A DNA stretch of 64,000 nt from an uncultured Erysipelotrichaceae bacterium (GCA_964553255.1 CAZKJS010000002.1:31734-95733), one strand, 5' to 3'. Counted from the first letter of the stretch, positions 21,190-30,980 are shown. Notes: generated from the letters alone by a model not told the origin. Numbers and translations: made by a program.

Positions 21190-21783
21190 TTAAGTAGCTT
21201 TTTTTTCAAGCTTTTTGGCAATAAAATCCATAATGGCTTCAAACGCTATTGACATAGCCATAAGTGAAAATGTTGCTGATAAGATCAAATTAACATTCAT
21301 AACACGAATACCGCGATAGATGATCGCTCCAAGTCCTCCGCCACCAACAGATGCTGCAAAGATGGCGGTGCCGATTGAGTTAACAGTAGCGATCTTAATA
21401 CCGGTAAATATTACCGGAAAAGACAATGGAAGCTCAATAAATACTAATTGATATAAGCGACTCATACCCATACCCTTGGCGGCTTCCTTTATGCCTGGGT
21501 TGACGTTTGATAAACCTAAGTTGGTGTTTCTTACAATCGGTAATAATGAATACATGGTTAAACCGATAATGACTGTTGTTTTACCAGCACCAACCAAAAC
21601 CATGATCATTCCCATCAAAGCTAATGAGGGAATTGTTTGAAAAACATCAGTGATAAACAAGATTGCCTTACGTGCTTTTGGAACTAAATAAGTCAATACA
21701 CCTAAAGGCACACCAACAACAATAGCTGCAACTACAGCCATAAAAACCAAGTATAAATGTTCAAGTACCATATTTATTGTCAT
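21190..21783 (-). CDS. osmoprotectant ABC transporter permease
   Basis: 197 aa BPD-type permease with an EAA-like loop (EAAKGMGMSRLYQLVFIELPL). Confidence 0.85.
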   Translation of the reverse strand: MTINMVLEHLYLVFMAVVAAIVVGVPLGVLTYLVPKARKAILFITDVFQTIPSLALMGMIMVLVGAGKTTVIIGLTMYSLLPIVRNTNLGLSNVNPGIKEAAKGMGMSRLYQLVFIELPLSFPVIFTGIKIATVNSIGTAIFAASVGGGGLGAIIYRGIRVMNVNLILSATFSLMAMSIAFEAIMDFIAKKLEKKAT

Positions 21784-22442
21784 TGGGTTTCACCTTCAAT
21801 TCCTTGTAATCCCTTAGGTACAACTTTCTTTTGAATAAACTCAATGAAGTAACTTAAGGATATCGCCATGATAGCTGCTGGAACAGCACCAGTTAAGATT
21901 AGAAAGTTTCTATTCATATCAATGCCTTGATAAACAAATACCCCTAAGCCACCAAGACCGATCATAGCTGCTAAGACGCTCCAACTTACAGTGTAGATTG
22001 TTGCTAATCTTAAGCCACCGATGATCGTTGACATTGCTAATGGAAGTTCTACTCTAATTAGGATTTGGAAGTTACTCATACCACATCCTCTTGCAGCCTC
22101 TTTATAATGATCTTCAACACCGATAATTCCTACAAAGGTATTCTTTAAAACAGGGAACATCGCGTAAATAGAAAGAGCAATAATAACTGTTATTGGTTTC
22201 ATTCCTAAAACGATAAAGAGTAATCCAATAAAGACAATACCAGGAATTGTATTAAATAAGGACAATATCGGTAGTATGTATTTTGAATATTTAGGAATTC
22301 GCGACAACAAGATACCAATAACAACGCCCATGATAAAACCAACTGTTACTGACACAAACACATAGTATAAATGTACCCCTATTTGGTTTATAAGTGGTTG
22401 CAGGTAAATATCAAGGTATCTTTCAAGTGTCATTAACCCCAC
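21780..22442 (-). CDS. osmoprotectant ABC transporter permease
   Basis: 220 aa BPD-type permease (EAARGCGMSNFQILIRVELPL). Confidence 0.85.
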   Translation of the reverse strand: MGLMTLERYLDIYLQPLINQIGVHLYYVFVSVTVGFIMGVVIGILLSRIPKYSKYILPILSLFNTIPGIVFIGLLFIVLGMKPITVIIALSIYAMFPVLKNTFVGIIGVEDHYKEAARGCGMSNFQILIRVELPLAMSTIIGGLRLATIYTVSWSVLAAMIGLGGLGVFVYQGIDMNRNFLILTGAVPAAIMAISLSYFIEFIQKKVVPKGLQGIEGETQ

Positions 22443-23545
22443 AACCTTTCAGCTAAAGCACGAGCCATGCTTGTTCTGGTAATAATACCGGCAATTTTGT
22501 TGTCATTATTTAAGACGATCAAATAGTTTTCTTTTGATTTGAGTAGTTTATCAAAACATTCTTTTGCTTCATCATCCTCATGAACCAAAACATGTTTTGT
22601 CTTAATAAGCTCTTTAATGTTCTCTTTATCTTTACCATGTAAGCGAATATCTTCAACACTAAGAGTGCCAAGATAGCTATCATTGTTATCAACTACTAGT
22701 AAACTATCAATATTGTGGTTACGCATCATCGATAAACAATGATTTGGACCACGATCATCTGTAACAGTATAAACATTAGTGCGCATTACATCTTTAGCTA
22801 TAACAAGCTCTTCTTGGCCATTATTGATGTGTTTTCCTAAGAATTGCTTGATTAACTCACTAGCTGGATTTTTTAATAGTTCTTCTGGTGAGGCCATTTG
22901 GATAATTTTCCCTTGATCCATAAAAACGATTGTATCAGCCAAATTGAGAGCCTCTTCCATATCATGAGTTACAAAAACAATTGTTTTATTTAGTTTCTGT
23001 TGAATCTTCTTGATTTCTATCTGTAGCGTATTGCGTGTCATAGGGTCAAGAGCACCGAATGGTTCATCCATCAAAATGATTGGAGGTGAGGCTGCTAAAG
23101 CCCTAAGAACACCAATACGTTGTTGTTGACCACCGGATAACTGTGTAGGGTATTTATTAGCGTATTGGTCATAAGGCATACCAACCATCTCTAACAAATC
23201 ATGGACAATCGTATCTTGGCGCTCTTTAGTGTATTTAAGTAACTTAGGAACAACGCTGATGTTTTCAGCGATTGTCATATTGGGGAATAATCCAATTTGT
23301 TGGATTACATAACCGATCTTTCTTCTTAATGCGACTTTATCAACGGTTGAAGTATCTTCATCATTAATTAGTATTTGACCAGCAGTAGGTTCAATCAATC
23401 GATTTATCATTTTTAAAGTAGTTGTTTTACCACAACCACTAGGGCCAATCAAAATAACAAACTGCCCTTCTTTAATTTCAAAACTGATATCATCGATAAC
23501 TTTGACTTCACCATATTTTTTGGTCACATGATCAAATTTTATCAT
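22433..23545 (-). CDS. osmoprotectant ABC transporter ATP-binding protein with C-terminal tandem CBS domains (OpuCA/OpuBA-like)
   Basis: Walker [29 protein letters not shown]. The C-terminal ~120 aa resemble a CBS pair (VMRTNVYTV...IDSLLVVD...IAGIITRTSM). Confidence 0.9.
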   Translation of the reverse strand: MIKFDHVTKKYGEVKVIDDISFEIKEGQFVILIGPSGCGKTTTLKMINRLIEPTAGQILINDEDTSTVDKVALRRKIGYVIQQIGLFPNMTIAENISVVPKLLKYTKERQDTIVHDLLEMVGMPYDQYANKYPTQLSGGQQQRIGVLRALAASPPIILMDEPFGALDPMTRNTLQIEIKKIQQKLNKTIVFVTHDMEEALNLADTIVFMDQGKIIQMASPEELLKNPASELIKQFLGKHINNGQEELVIAKDVMRTNVYTVTDDRGPNHCLSMMRNHNIDSLLVVDNNDSYLGTLSVEDIRLHGKDKENIKELIKTKHVLVHEDDEAKECFDKLLKSKENYLIVLNNDNKIAGIITRTSMARALAERLWG

Positions 23546-24180
23546 TTTTCTTCCTCTTTTCTGTTTAGAAAACTACTGACAGCTTGATGGCAGCCCTCAT
23601 TACCAACGAAAATTATTGTATCGTTGGCGTAAAGCTCAGCGTATGGTCCAGGAGAAAGAATCATATAGTTTGCGCGTTTGATTGCGACAATTGTAGCACC
23701 GGTTTCTTGCCAGAACCTAATCTTACCGATATTTTCACCAATAATTTTTGAATCAACAGGAATCTTTATTTCATAGTTAACAAACGGTGTTGTCACTGAT
23801 GCAAACGCGGTACGATTGCGAATTATCTCAGCTGCTAATGATTCAAGTTGTTGATTAAGTTCTTTTTGTTTTGCTAAAGCATTCTCAAAATCTTTTTGTA
23901 GTTCAACTTGCTTTGTAAAGCCATCGAAATGTTCAATATAGCGTTTAGCGTTATCAATTGATAAAACAAATACACCACTATTGTGCTTAATATCAACTAC
24001 CTTCATATCAGCTAAAAGCTTTAATGCACGTCTGATAGTTTCTGGTGATACATTGTACTCGCTAGCAAATAAAGATCGCCCAGAGAGTTTTTTGTCTTCT
24101 ACTAATTCTTCCTTGGCAATTCTATTAGCTATATCAAGTGCAATTAAAAGATATTGTGGGGGATTTACCCTGTTTGACAT
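23542..24180 (-). CDS. busR: GntR-family regulator with coiled coil and C-terminal TrkA_C/RCK_C domain (BusR-like)
   Basis: N-terminal wHTH (LSGRSLFASEYNVSPETIRRALKLLADMKVV), a central heptad-like helix (QVELQKDFENALAKQKELNQQLESLAAEI), and C-terminal RCK_C-like sequence (IGKIRFWQETGATIVAIKR...LSPGPYAELYANDTIIFVG). The ATG at 24180 is preceded by GGGAG. It is the first gene of the opu operon. Confidence 0.75.
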   Translation of the reverse strand: MSNRVNPPQYLLIALDIANRIAKEELVEDKKLSGRSLFASEYNVSPETIRRALKLLADMKVVDIKHNSGVFVLSIDNAKRYIEHFDGFTKQVELQKDFENALAKQKELNQQLESLAAEIIRNRTAFASVTTPFVNYEIKIPVDSKIIGENIGKIRFWQETGATIVAIKRANYMILSPGPYAELYANDTIIFVGNEGCHQAVSSFLNRKEEEK

Positions 24181-24197
24181 AATTATTTCTCCCAAAC

Positions 24198-24249
24198 TGA
24201 CAACTTACTGTCATAATATAGTATGTCACAATACTATTTTACTGTCAAC
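24198..24249 (-). promoter_or_regulatory. opu/busR promoter region with TGACA repeat motifs (candidate operator)
   Basis: Inverted repeat TGACA-N6-TGTCA at 24198-24213. On the minus strand TGACAGTAA occurs twice (plus coordinates 24205-24213 and 24239-24247). The second copy overlaps a TTGACA -35 (24243-24248). A TACTAT -10-like hexamer lies at 24218-24223. Confidence 0.4.
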
Positions 24250-24269
24250 TAATATAAAACAAGGACCGA

Positions 24270-25520
24270 TTAGTCCTTGTTTCTATGATAGTTATAAAGT
24301 TCTTCGGTAGCTAAGGCAATCTTAGTTACGCTAAATCGTTCTTTTTCGGGGTAGATATAGTAAGTGTCATCAAGGGTGTTAAGGTCCACACAATCACCAT
24401 ACTTACCAAGATAATTGAATTCAATATGACAAGAATACATAGACTCAACTGTTTTGATCATTTCATATGGTTCATCTTGATATTTACCAACCAATCTAAA
24501 TCCATTATGATCATGGGTTAAGGTGGCTTTACCTAAAGGTATATAACCATTAGCGTTTGGTAATGAGTCAACGTGTACTTCTGATTCAAAGAAGTATGTG
24601 TTTGTTTCTACTTCTTTTCTTACATTTGATCTTTCCCATTCATACCAATCAGGAATATGAGAAAATTCAGTATCGCCAGTTTCTGCCGCTAATTGACCAT
24701 ATTCATTCATTGACCACTTTTTATGACAATGTTCACACCATAAATAGTGTTTATCGGAATTCATATAGTACTCAGTTTGACAATTCGGACATTGGTATAA
24801 GACTTTATGAAGACCTTTAGCTCTGTCTTTGTAATTTATCGCAATCTTATTATCTCTTTGCCATGCAAAATCATCATAAACAAAAGCTTTATTGATGATA
24901 TCGTTTATTTTGTCAGCTGGGTAAGCTTGTAGTTGTTCCTTTGTTAAAATTTGAGTCATATCAGCTTCAACGCGATTATTTCTTGGTGTTAAATTCCAGA
25001 ATGGTGAATTAATATGATGGCCTTTAGTGATCAATGTTACAACGGGGACATTAAGCAACTTAGCTAATTTCCCAACTGATTCAGGTAGTACCGCAGTAGT
25101 GCCACACAATGAATACCGCGCTTCAGGATATAAGACCAAGATATCACCGTTTTCGATCACTCTTTTTAAGTGACGTATTAAAATGACATCGTTAGTAAAT
25201 TTACGTTTACAAATACAACCAACCAAACGCAGTAATTTCTCGCGTTTGATAAAGCCATCGATAGCGACAACATTGTTTGTGCGATATGGAAATACTGCAT
25301 GTGTACATATTTTGAAGTCTAAAAAAGCATTATGGTTTCCAAGCAACAAGTATGGTGGTTTTAAACCATCCATGTTCACTTTATTAACCTTTGCTTTGTG
25401 TTTAATCACATCAGGATAGCTTAATAGCCATGTTAGTGGACGCAGATACCATTTTTGACGATAAGGTTTTTGCGTCATGTCGAAACGCTTAAAATCTTTT
25501 TGGGAAGCAGGATATTTCAT
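24270..25520 (-). CDS. lysophospholipid (PlsC-family) acyltransferase with C-terminal Cys4 extension
   Basis: HX4D motif HNAFLD (aa 63-68) and YPEARYS (PEG-like block). The C-terminal ~230 aa contain CPNC...CEHC. Confidence 0.75.
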   Translation of the reverse strand: MKYPASQKDFKRFDMTQKPYRQKWYLRPLTWLLSYPDVIKHKAKVNKVNMDGLKPPYLLLGNHNAFLDFKICTHAVFPYRTNNVVAIDGFIKREKLLRLVGCICKRKFTNDVILIRHLKRVIENGDILVLYPEARYSLCGTTAVLPESVGKLAKLLNVPVVTLITKGHHINSPFWNLTPRNNRVEADMTQILTKEQLQAYPADKINDIINKAFVYDDFAWQRDNKIAINYKDRAKGLHKVLYQCPNCQTEYYMNSDKHYLWCEHCHKKWSMNEYGQLAAETGDTEFSHIPDWYEWERSNVRKEVETNTYFFESEVHVDSLPNANGYIPLGKATLTHDHNGFRLVGKYQDEPYEMIKTVESMYSCHIEFNYLGKYGDCVDLNTLDDTYYIYPEKERFSVTKIALATEELYNYHRNKD

Positions 25521-25639
25521 ATGAGTTTCCCCCTTAATTTATTATACATTACTTATTGGATAGATATATATTGAGATTGATATTGATTGACTACTTAAGC
25601 TGACTTAGTTATCATAATGAAGAAACATAAGGAGTAAAT

Positions 25640-26131
25640 ATGAGTCAGATTTTTGCATTATTTGATGTATTTGGCCATGAGGTCGCATTATTTATCATAT
25701 CTTTAATACCACTTATCGAAGCTAGAGGCTCAGTTGTATATGGTGCGGCTATTGGTATGCCTTGGCATCAAGTATTACCACTTTCAATACTAGGTAATAT
25801 GTTACCTGTACCTTTTATCTTGCTTTTTGGTATGAAATTAATCAAATATTTAAAGACAACCAAATTATTTGGGCCGTTCTTTACTAAATATGAAGCTAAG
25901 TTAATGTTGAAATCAAAAGAGATCGATCGTTATAGTTTTATCGCATTAGTTTTATTTGTAGGGATTCCTCTACCAGGAACAGGTGCTTGGTCAGGTTCTT
26001 TGATCGCAACGATATTAAACATAAATTATAAAAGAGCAATACCAGCTATCTTTTTAGGAGTTATATTAGCAGCAATAATCATGACATTAGGTAGTTATGG
26101 CGTTGTAGGTATTTTCAGATTATTTATTTAA
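25640..26131 (+). CDS. small integral membrane protein (COG2426 / small multidrug export-like family)
   Basis: 163 aa, 4-5 TM. PLIEARGSVVYG and GIPLPGTGAWSGSLIA motifs as I recall for this family. Good RBS. Confidence 0.55.
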   Translation: MSQIFALFDVFGHEVALFIISLIPLIEARGSVVYGAAIGMPWHQVLPLSILGNMLPVPFILLFGMKLIKYLKTTKLFGPFFTKYEAKLMLKSKEIDRYSFIALVLFVGIPLPGTGAWSGSLIATILNINYKRAIPAIFLGVILAAIIMTLGSYGVVGIFRLFI

Positions 26132-26662
26132 GGCACTTAATTTATAAGCCATTATGATCGTTTTTGAGTCGATTATCTCATTATTACTTATTTTTTCCAT
26201 GATCATACTTAAAGGCATTTTGATAACATTAAGAAATTCTGTTTGATCAAGATTTTGACCAACAAAGGTCAACTTATCAGCATAATACATATAAATTATC
26301 TCAGTAGAGTAACCACATGTAGGGACAAAACAACCCAAGCTTATTAATTCATCTGTTTTATAACCAGTTTCTTCAACTAATTCGCGCATTGCACAATCAA
26401 GAGGGTCTTCACCCTTTTCTTTTTTACCAGCTGGAAATTCAATCATCTCACGATCAAGTGGATAACGAAACTGTTGTACTAAAAAGAAGTTGTTATCTTT
26501 ATCTTTAGCCGCAATACAAACACCACCATTATGCTTTATATAATCACGATGACTTACTTGATCATCTGGCAACAAGACTTCATCACGATATACAGTGAAG
26601 ACCGGACCTTTGTAGATTAATTTACTTGTTAACTGTTTTTCTGTTAGTTTCATTTTTATCAC
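26120..26662 (-). CDS. NUDIX hydrolase (ADP-ribose pyrophosphatase-like)
   Basis: Nudix box GKKEKGEDPLDCAMRELVEETGY. Confidence 0.85.
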   Translation of the reverse strand: MIKMKLTEKQLTSKLIYKGPVFTVYRDEVLLPDDQVSHRDYIKHNGGVCIAAKDKDNNFFLVQQFRYPLDREMIEFPAGKKEKGEDPLDCAMRELVEETGYKTDELISLGCFVPTCGYSTEIIYMYYADKLTFVGQNLDQTEFLNVIKMPLSMIMEKISNNEIIDSKTIIMAYKLSALNK

Positions 26663-26712
26663 CTATTCAATAGTAACACATCTTTATTTTTTGGGTAAAA
26701 AAAGCGTATTGA

Positions 26713-26721
26713 TGTTATAAT
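26713..26721 (+). promoter_or_regulatory. extended -10 element TGTTATAAT upstream of tmk
   Basis: Exact TGTTATAAT, 19 nt before the tmk ATG. Confidence 0.45.
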
Positions 26722-26739
26722 TAAAACGCGGGTGATTAT

Positions 26740-27375
26740 ATGTTAAAAAAAGGTTTGTTTATTACATTTGAAGGTCCTGATGGCAGTGGTAAAACTACCA
26801 TTAGTAAAAGAGTATACGAGCAATTAAGAACTGAGGGTTATGATGCAATCTATACCAGAGAACCAGGTGGTATCGAAATTGCTGAACAGATCAGAAGAGT
26901 CATTCTTGACCCTGATAATACAGCAATGGATTGTAAAACTGAGGCTTTATTATATGCGGCAAGCAGAAGACAACATTTAGTTGAAAAGATAATTCCAGCA
27001 TTAAAACTAAACAAAATCGTTATCTGCGATCGTTTTGTGGATAGCTCTTTAGTATACCAAGGCATTGCAAGAGCCATTGGCGTTGATGAAGTTTGGTCAA
27101 TAAATAAGTTCGCAATCGAAGATTATTTGCCTGAATTAACCCTATATTTAGACATTAGTGCTGAAATAGGTTTAGAGCGTATCTATGATCGTCACAATAA
27201 AGATCGACTTGATCAAGAAAATTTAGTCTTTCATCAAGCGGTAGTTAGTGGCTATCAAACAATCATCACTATGTTTAAAGATAGATATCATGTTATTAAT
27301 GCCGAACGTGAAATTGAACCAATCGTAAAAGATGCTTACACTAAAGTGATCGAACTGGTCAAGAAATATGTTTAA
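26740..27375 (+). CDS. tmk: thymidylate kinase
   Basis: FITFEGPDGSGKTT P-loop and DRFVDSSLVYQG motif. Confidence 0.93.
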   Translation: MLKKGLFITFEGPDGSGKTTISKRVYEQLRTEGYDAIYTREPGGIEIAEQIRRVILDPDNTAMDCKTEALLYAASRRQHLVEKIIPALKLNKIVICDRFVDSSLVYQGIARAIGVDEVWSINKFAIEDYLPELTLYLDISAEIGLERIYDRHNKDRLDQENLVFHQAVVSGYQTIITMFKDRYHVINAEREIEPIVKDAYTKVIELVKKYV

Positions 27376-28354
27376 GACAAAATTGATAAGCGAACAACCA
27401 ATCGCTTTTCACACTTTATCAAATAGTTTAAAAGATAATAAGCTTGCTCATGCTTATCTTTTTGTTGGTCCCAGTGGGACACCAAAAAAAGAAACAGCTT
27501 ATCTATTAGCCCAAAGTCTAATTTGTCGTAATAAGCAGGTATTCGCATGTGAGACATGCGTTGATTGTCAACGCATTGCACAGGGCAATTACGCTGATCT
27601 TATTTATTTAGATGGCCGAACCAATAAGATCAAAAAAGAAGACGTATTACGCGTACAAAGTGAGTTTAGTAAAACGGGTTTAGAAGAATTTAACCAAAAA
27701 ATATATATCATTGACTGCGCTGAAAATGCGACTACTGAAGCCTTGAACAGCTTGTTAAAGTTCTTAGAAGAACCAAGCGGTACTAGTACCACCGCCATCT
27801 TGTTGACTGAACAAAGTGATCGGATATTACCAACCATTCGTTCACGTTGTCAGATAATACAGTTTAAAGCCTTATCAAAAGATTTCTGTTATAATGTTTG
27901 TGTATCCAGCAATTATGATCCACTGGATGCCTATTTACTAGCTAATTTATTTCGTAACATCACAATGATTGATAAGATCATTGAAGAAGAAGAATATCAA
28001 AATGGAAGAGAGATGTTTAAACATTTTATAGACGATCTATTGAATGATCATGATAAAGCAATCATTAATTTACAAAATGATGGACTAAATACATCAAGAG
28101 ATAAGAATAGACAGATCGTCAAATATTTTTTAGATATAGCAATTTTATTTTTCTCTGATATCTATCGTTTTAATGAGATAGATATCCCGTGGTACACCGC
28201 AAAATTAAATGAGATTAGCACTAGTGTATATAACAATCGTCAAATACTAAATATTCTATTAAAGAGTCGCGATCAATTAGCAGGTAATTCAAACATTCCT
28301 TTATTAATGGATCAAATGTTTTATCAAATACAGGAGGTGTCTTATGGTAGATAA
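27368..28354 (+). CDS. holB: DNA polymerase III delta-prime subunit
   Basis: LAHAYLFVGPSGTPKKE, zinc-module-like CETCVDCQ, and SRC-type motif TIRSRCQ. Located after tmk. Confidence 0.85.
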   Translation: MFKTKLISEQPIAFHTLSNSLKDNKLAHAYLFVGPSGTPKKETAYLLAQSLICRNKQVFACETCVDCQRIAQGNYADLIYLDGRTNKIKKEDVLRVQSEFSKTGLEEFNQKIYIIDCAENATTEALNSLLKFLEEPSGTSTTAILLTEQSDRILPTIRSRCQIIQFKALSKDFCYNVCVSSNYDPLDAYLLANLFRNITMIDKIIEEEEYQNGREMFKHFIDDLLNDHDKAIINLQNDGLNTSRDKNRQIVKYFLDIAILFFSDIYRFNEIDIPWYTAKLNEISTSVYNNRQILNILLKSRDQLAGNSNIPLLMDQMFYQIQEVSYGR

Positions 28355-29207
28355 TATCAATGTTAGTAGTGAAGAAAAAAAATATCCTTATGTTGTTTCA
28401 ATCAAGTTTAAAGGCACAAAGAAAAGTTATTACTTTGGTATGCATGAAAACAACGTTACTGATAAAGATTATGTTGTTGTTGAAACAATCAGAGGTATAG
28501 AATTAGGCGAGGTTGTAGGTGAAGTTCACAAGACTGAAGAAGTGAAGCTCAACGCAGCACTAAAACCAATAATTCGAAAAGCAACAAGCACTGATATCAA
28601 AAACAACGAACACAACAAAGTACTAGCCGAAGAAGCGCTAGAGATTTGTCGCCAAGAAGTTGAGAAATTAAAATTGGATATGAATCTGATCAGCGCTGAA
28701 TATACCCTTGATCGCTCAAAAGTGATTTTTGTATATGTGGCTGATGATAGAGTGGATTTCCGTGAATTACTCAAAGAACTAGCTTCCGCCTTAAAATGTC
28801 GCATAGAACTAAGACAGATTGGAATGCGTGATAAAGCAAAGATCGTCGGTGGTTTAGGGACATGTGGCATGGAGACATGTTGTTCACGCTTTTTAACTGA
28901 ATTTGATGTTGTATCAATCAATATGGCAAAGAATCAATTATTAGCACTTAATACGCAAAAACTATCAGGACAGTGTGGAAAACTTATGTGTTGTTTACGT
29001 TATGAAGATAATATTTATAAAGATCTTAGAGCGGGTTTACCGAAGATGAACTCACAAATTGTCTATAACAATAAAACATATCGTATTACTGCGATGAATG
29101 TATTAAGTAAACAAGCTAAGATAGAAAACCGTGAAGAAGCGTTGTTTTTAAGTTTTGATGAAATTTTTCCTGAGCTTAAACAACAACAAGAAAAGGAAGA
29201 GATATAG
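28344..29207 (+). CDS. ricT: PSP1-domain protein (YaaT/RicT family)
   Basis: PSP1 core (KVIFVYVADDRVDFRELLKELA...IELRQIGMRD) and a Cys cluster GTCGMETCCSRF...CGKLMCCLRYE. Synteny with holB-yaaT. Confidence 0.85.
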   Translation: MVDNINVSSEEKKYPYVVSIKFKGTKKSYYFGMHENNVTDKDYVVVETIRGIELGEVVGEVHKTEEVKLNAALKPIIRKATSTDIKNNEHNKVLAEEALEICRQEVEKLKLDMNLISAEYTLDRSKVIFVYVADDRVDFRELLKELASALKCRIELRQIGMRDKAKIVGGLGTCGMETCCSRFLTEFDVVSINMAKNQLLALNTQKLSGQCGKLMCCLRYEDNIYKDLRAGLPKMNSQIVYNNKTYRITAMNVLSKQAKIENREEALFLSFDEIFPELKQQQEKEEI

Positions 29208-29210
29208 AAT

Positions 29211-30062
29211 ATGCATCGCCAGAAAAGCTTTGAAAATGAATTACCAACTCTTTATTTAGTCGCAACACCTATTGGTAATCTTGATGAAATGACACCAAGA
29301 GCGATTGATATTTTAAAGATGGTCGATGTTATTGCGGCTGAAGATACCCGTAATACAATCAAGCTTTTAAGCCATTTTGAGATTAAAACAAGAATGATAT
29401 CTCATCATCAATATAATGAACAAGAAAGTGCTAAAGGACTATTAAAGCTTTTACAAGATGGTTTATCAGTCGCATTGGTCAGTGATGCTGGTTATCCACT
29501 TATCTCTGATCCAGGAGAACAGCTTGTAAAGCTTATAACTGAAGCGGGTTTTAATGTTGTTCCCATTTCAGGAAGTAGCCCTTTATTATGTGCGCTTATC
29601 GCATCAGGCATGCCAGTAAAACCATTCACTTTTGTTGGATTTCTAACTGGTAGTGAAAAAGAAATAAAATATACACTTGAAGGTGTAAAAGCAATTAGAC
29701 ACACACTTGTTTTCTATGAAGCACCACATCGTATCAATAAAACATTGAATAAGATGTTAACAATCTTAGGTGATCGTAATATATGCTTAGCACGTGAGAT
29801 AACAAAGAAACATGAAGAATTTATCAGAGGAAAGATTTCTGATGTTCTAAGTATTGAAGAGGACTTAAAAGGTGAAATGGTAATAGTAGTCGAGGGAGAC
29901 CTTTCTGAAAACAAACCGGATGTAACCTTGTTTGAAATAAAGGAAATGATCGAAAAATGCATAGCAGAAGGTATGTCAGCTTCACTTGCGATAAAAACAG
30001 TATCACAACTTACAGGTATTGCCAAAAACGAAATCTATCGTAACTATCATCAACGATCATAA
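29211..30062 (+). CDS. rsmI: 16S rRNA (cytidine1402-2'-O)-methyltransferase
   Basis: Tetrapyrrole-methylase-fold motifs LYLVATPIGNLDEMTPRA, AAEDTRNT, SDAGYPLISDPG. Confidence 0.9.
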   Translation: MHRQKSFENELPTLYLVATPIGNLDEMTPRAIDILKMVDVIAAEDTRNTIKLLSHFEIKTRMISHHQYNEQESAKGLLKLLQDGLSVALVSDAGYPLISDPGEQLVKLITEAGFNVVPISGSSPLLCALIASGMPVKPFTFVGFLTGSEKEIKYTLEGVKAIRHTLVFYEAPHRINKTLNKMLTILGDRNICLAREITKKHEEFIRGKISDVLSIEEDLKGEMVIVVEGDLSENKPDVTLFEIKEMIEKCIAEGMSASLAIKTVSQLTGIAKNEIYRNYHQRS

Positions 30063-30071
30063 GGAACATTA

Positions 30072-30971
30072 ATGACAATTCTATATTTATTTGAAAAGAT
30101 AAGAAATCCCATATTAGATTTTATAATGGCTTCAATCACTCATTTAGGTTCTGAGATGTTTTTAATTGTAGCATCGCTTATTGTTTTATGGTGTATCAAT
30201 AAGAAGTGGGGTTACTATCTGCTATTTATAAGTAGTTTTGGAACAACGATCAATCAGTTTCTAAAAAACTATTTCATGATTGCACGACCTTGGCTCAAAG
30301 ATCCTAACCTTACAGTTGTTGAAGCCGCAAAAGATCACGCTACAGGCTACTCTTTTCCCAGCGGACATACACAAACGATCGCAGGTTTTTTTGGTGGTTT
30401 GATCAAGCTTGACATTAGTAAATTTGTAAAAGTAGTCGCCTATATTACTATTTTTTTGGTGGCTATATCAAGAATGTATCTGGGTGTACATACTTTAGAG
30501 GATGTCGCTTTATCACTATTGATCGCAGCTTTCTTGGTGCTTATAATACATCCATTATTTTTTAAGAAAAACAATATAGTAACAATAATGTCTGTTGGTG
30601 TATTGTTCGCAATTGCCTTTGTGATTTACATGGAGTTAAAACTAACAAGATTAAGTATGATAAATGAACTTGATCTTGATGGTATAAAAAACGCTTATAC
30701 CTGTTTAGGCTTGGCTTTAGCGATTGTGTTAGCTTATAAGATTGATGAAAAGTATCTAAACTATCCTGTTAAAGCAGTATGGTGGGCACAAATCATTAAA
30801 TGTGTTGTGGGTTTGGCTATAATGCTGGGAATTAGGATGTTTTTAAAAGAGCCTTTGTATTTGCTTACCAACTATCACTACAGCGCTGATATGATAAGAT
30901 ACTTTATCATGGCTATGGTTGGTGGTAGTGTTTGGCCTATGACATTTAAATGGTTTGAAAAATTAAAATAG
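30072..30971 (+). CDS. PAP2-family phosphatase (membrane)
   Basis: PAP2 motifs KNYFMIARP, PSGHT, SRMYLGVHTLEDV. Multi-TM. Confidence 0.8.
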   Translation: MTILYLFEKIRNPILDFIMASITHLGSEMFLIVASLIVLWCINKKWGYYLLFISSFGTTINQFLKNYFMIARPWLKDPNLTVVEAAKDHATGYSFPSGHTQTIAGFFGGLIKLDISKFVKVVAYITIFLVAISRMYLGVHTLEDVALSLLIAAFLVLIIHPLFFKKNNIVTIMSVGVLFAIAFVIYMELKLTRLSMINELDLDGIKNAYTCLGLALAIVLAYKIDEKYLNYPVKAVWWAQIIKCVVGLAIMLGIRMFLKEPLYLLTNYHYSADMIRYFIMAMVGGSVWPMTFKWFEKLK

Positions 30972-30980
30972 CAACTATCT

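Noticed and set aside
26120-26131. 12-nt overlap of the convergent 3' ends of the small membrane protein gene and the Nudix gene.
   Set aside because: This is real in the sequence but common in compact genomes, and nothing suggests a regulatory role.
28526-28921. 131-aa minus-strand ORF antisense to the PSP1/ricT gene. Similar ORFs lie antisense to rsmI (29492-30025), phoR (35401-35793, 36091-36273), nanE (59107-59493) and the AKR gene (62593-62838, 63340-63540).
   Set aside because: All are shadow ORFs of well-supported genes, Ser/Leu-rich and lacking translation signals.
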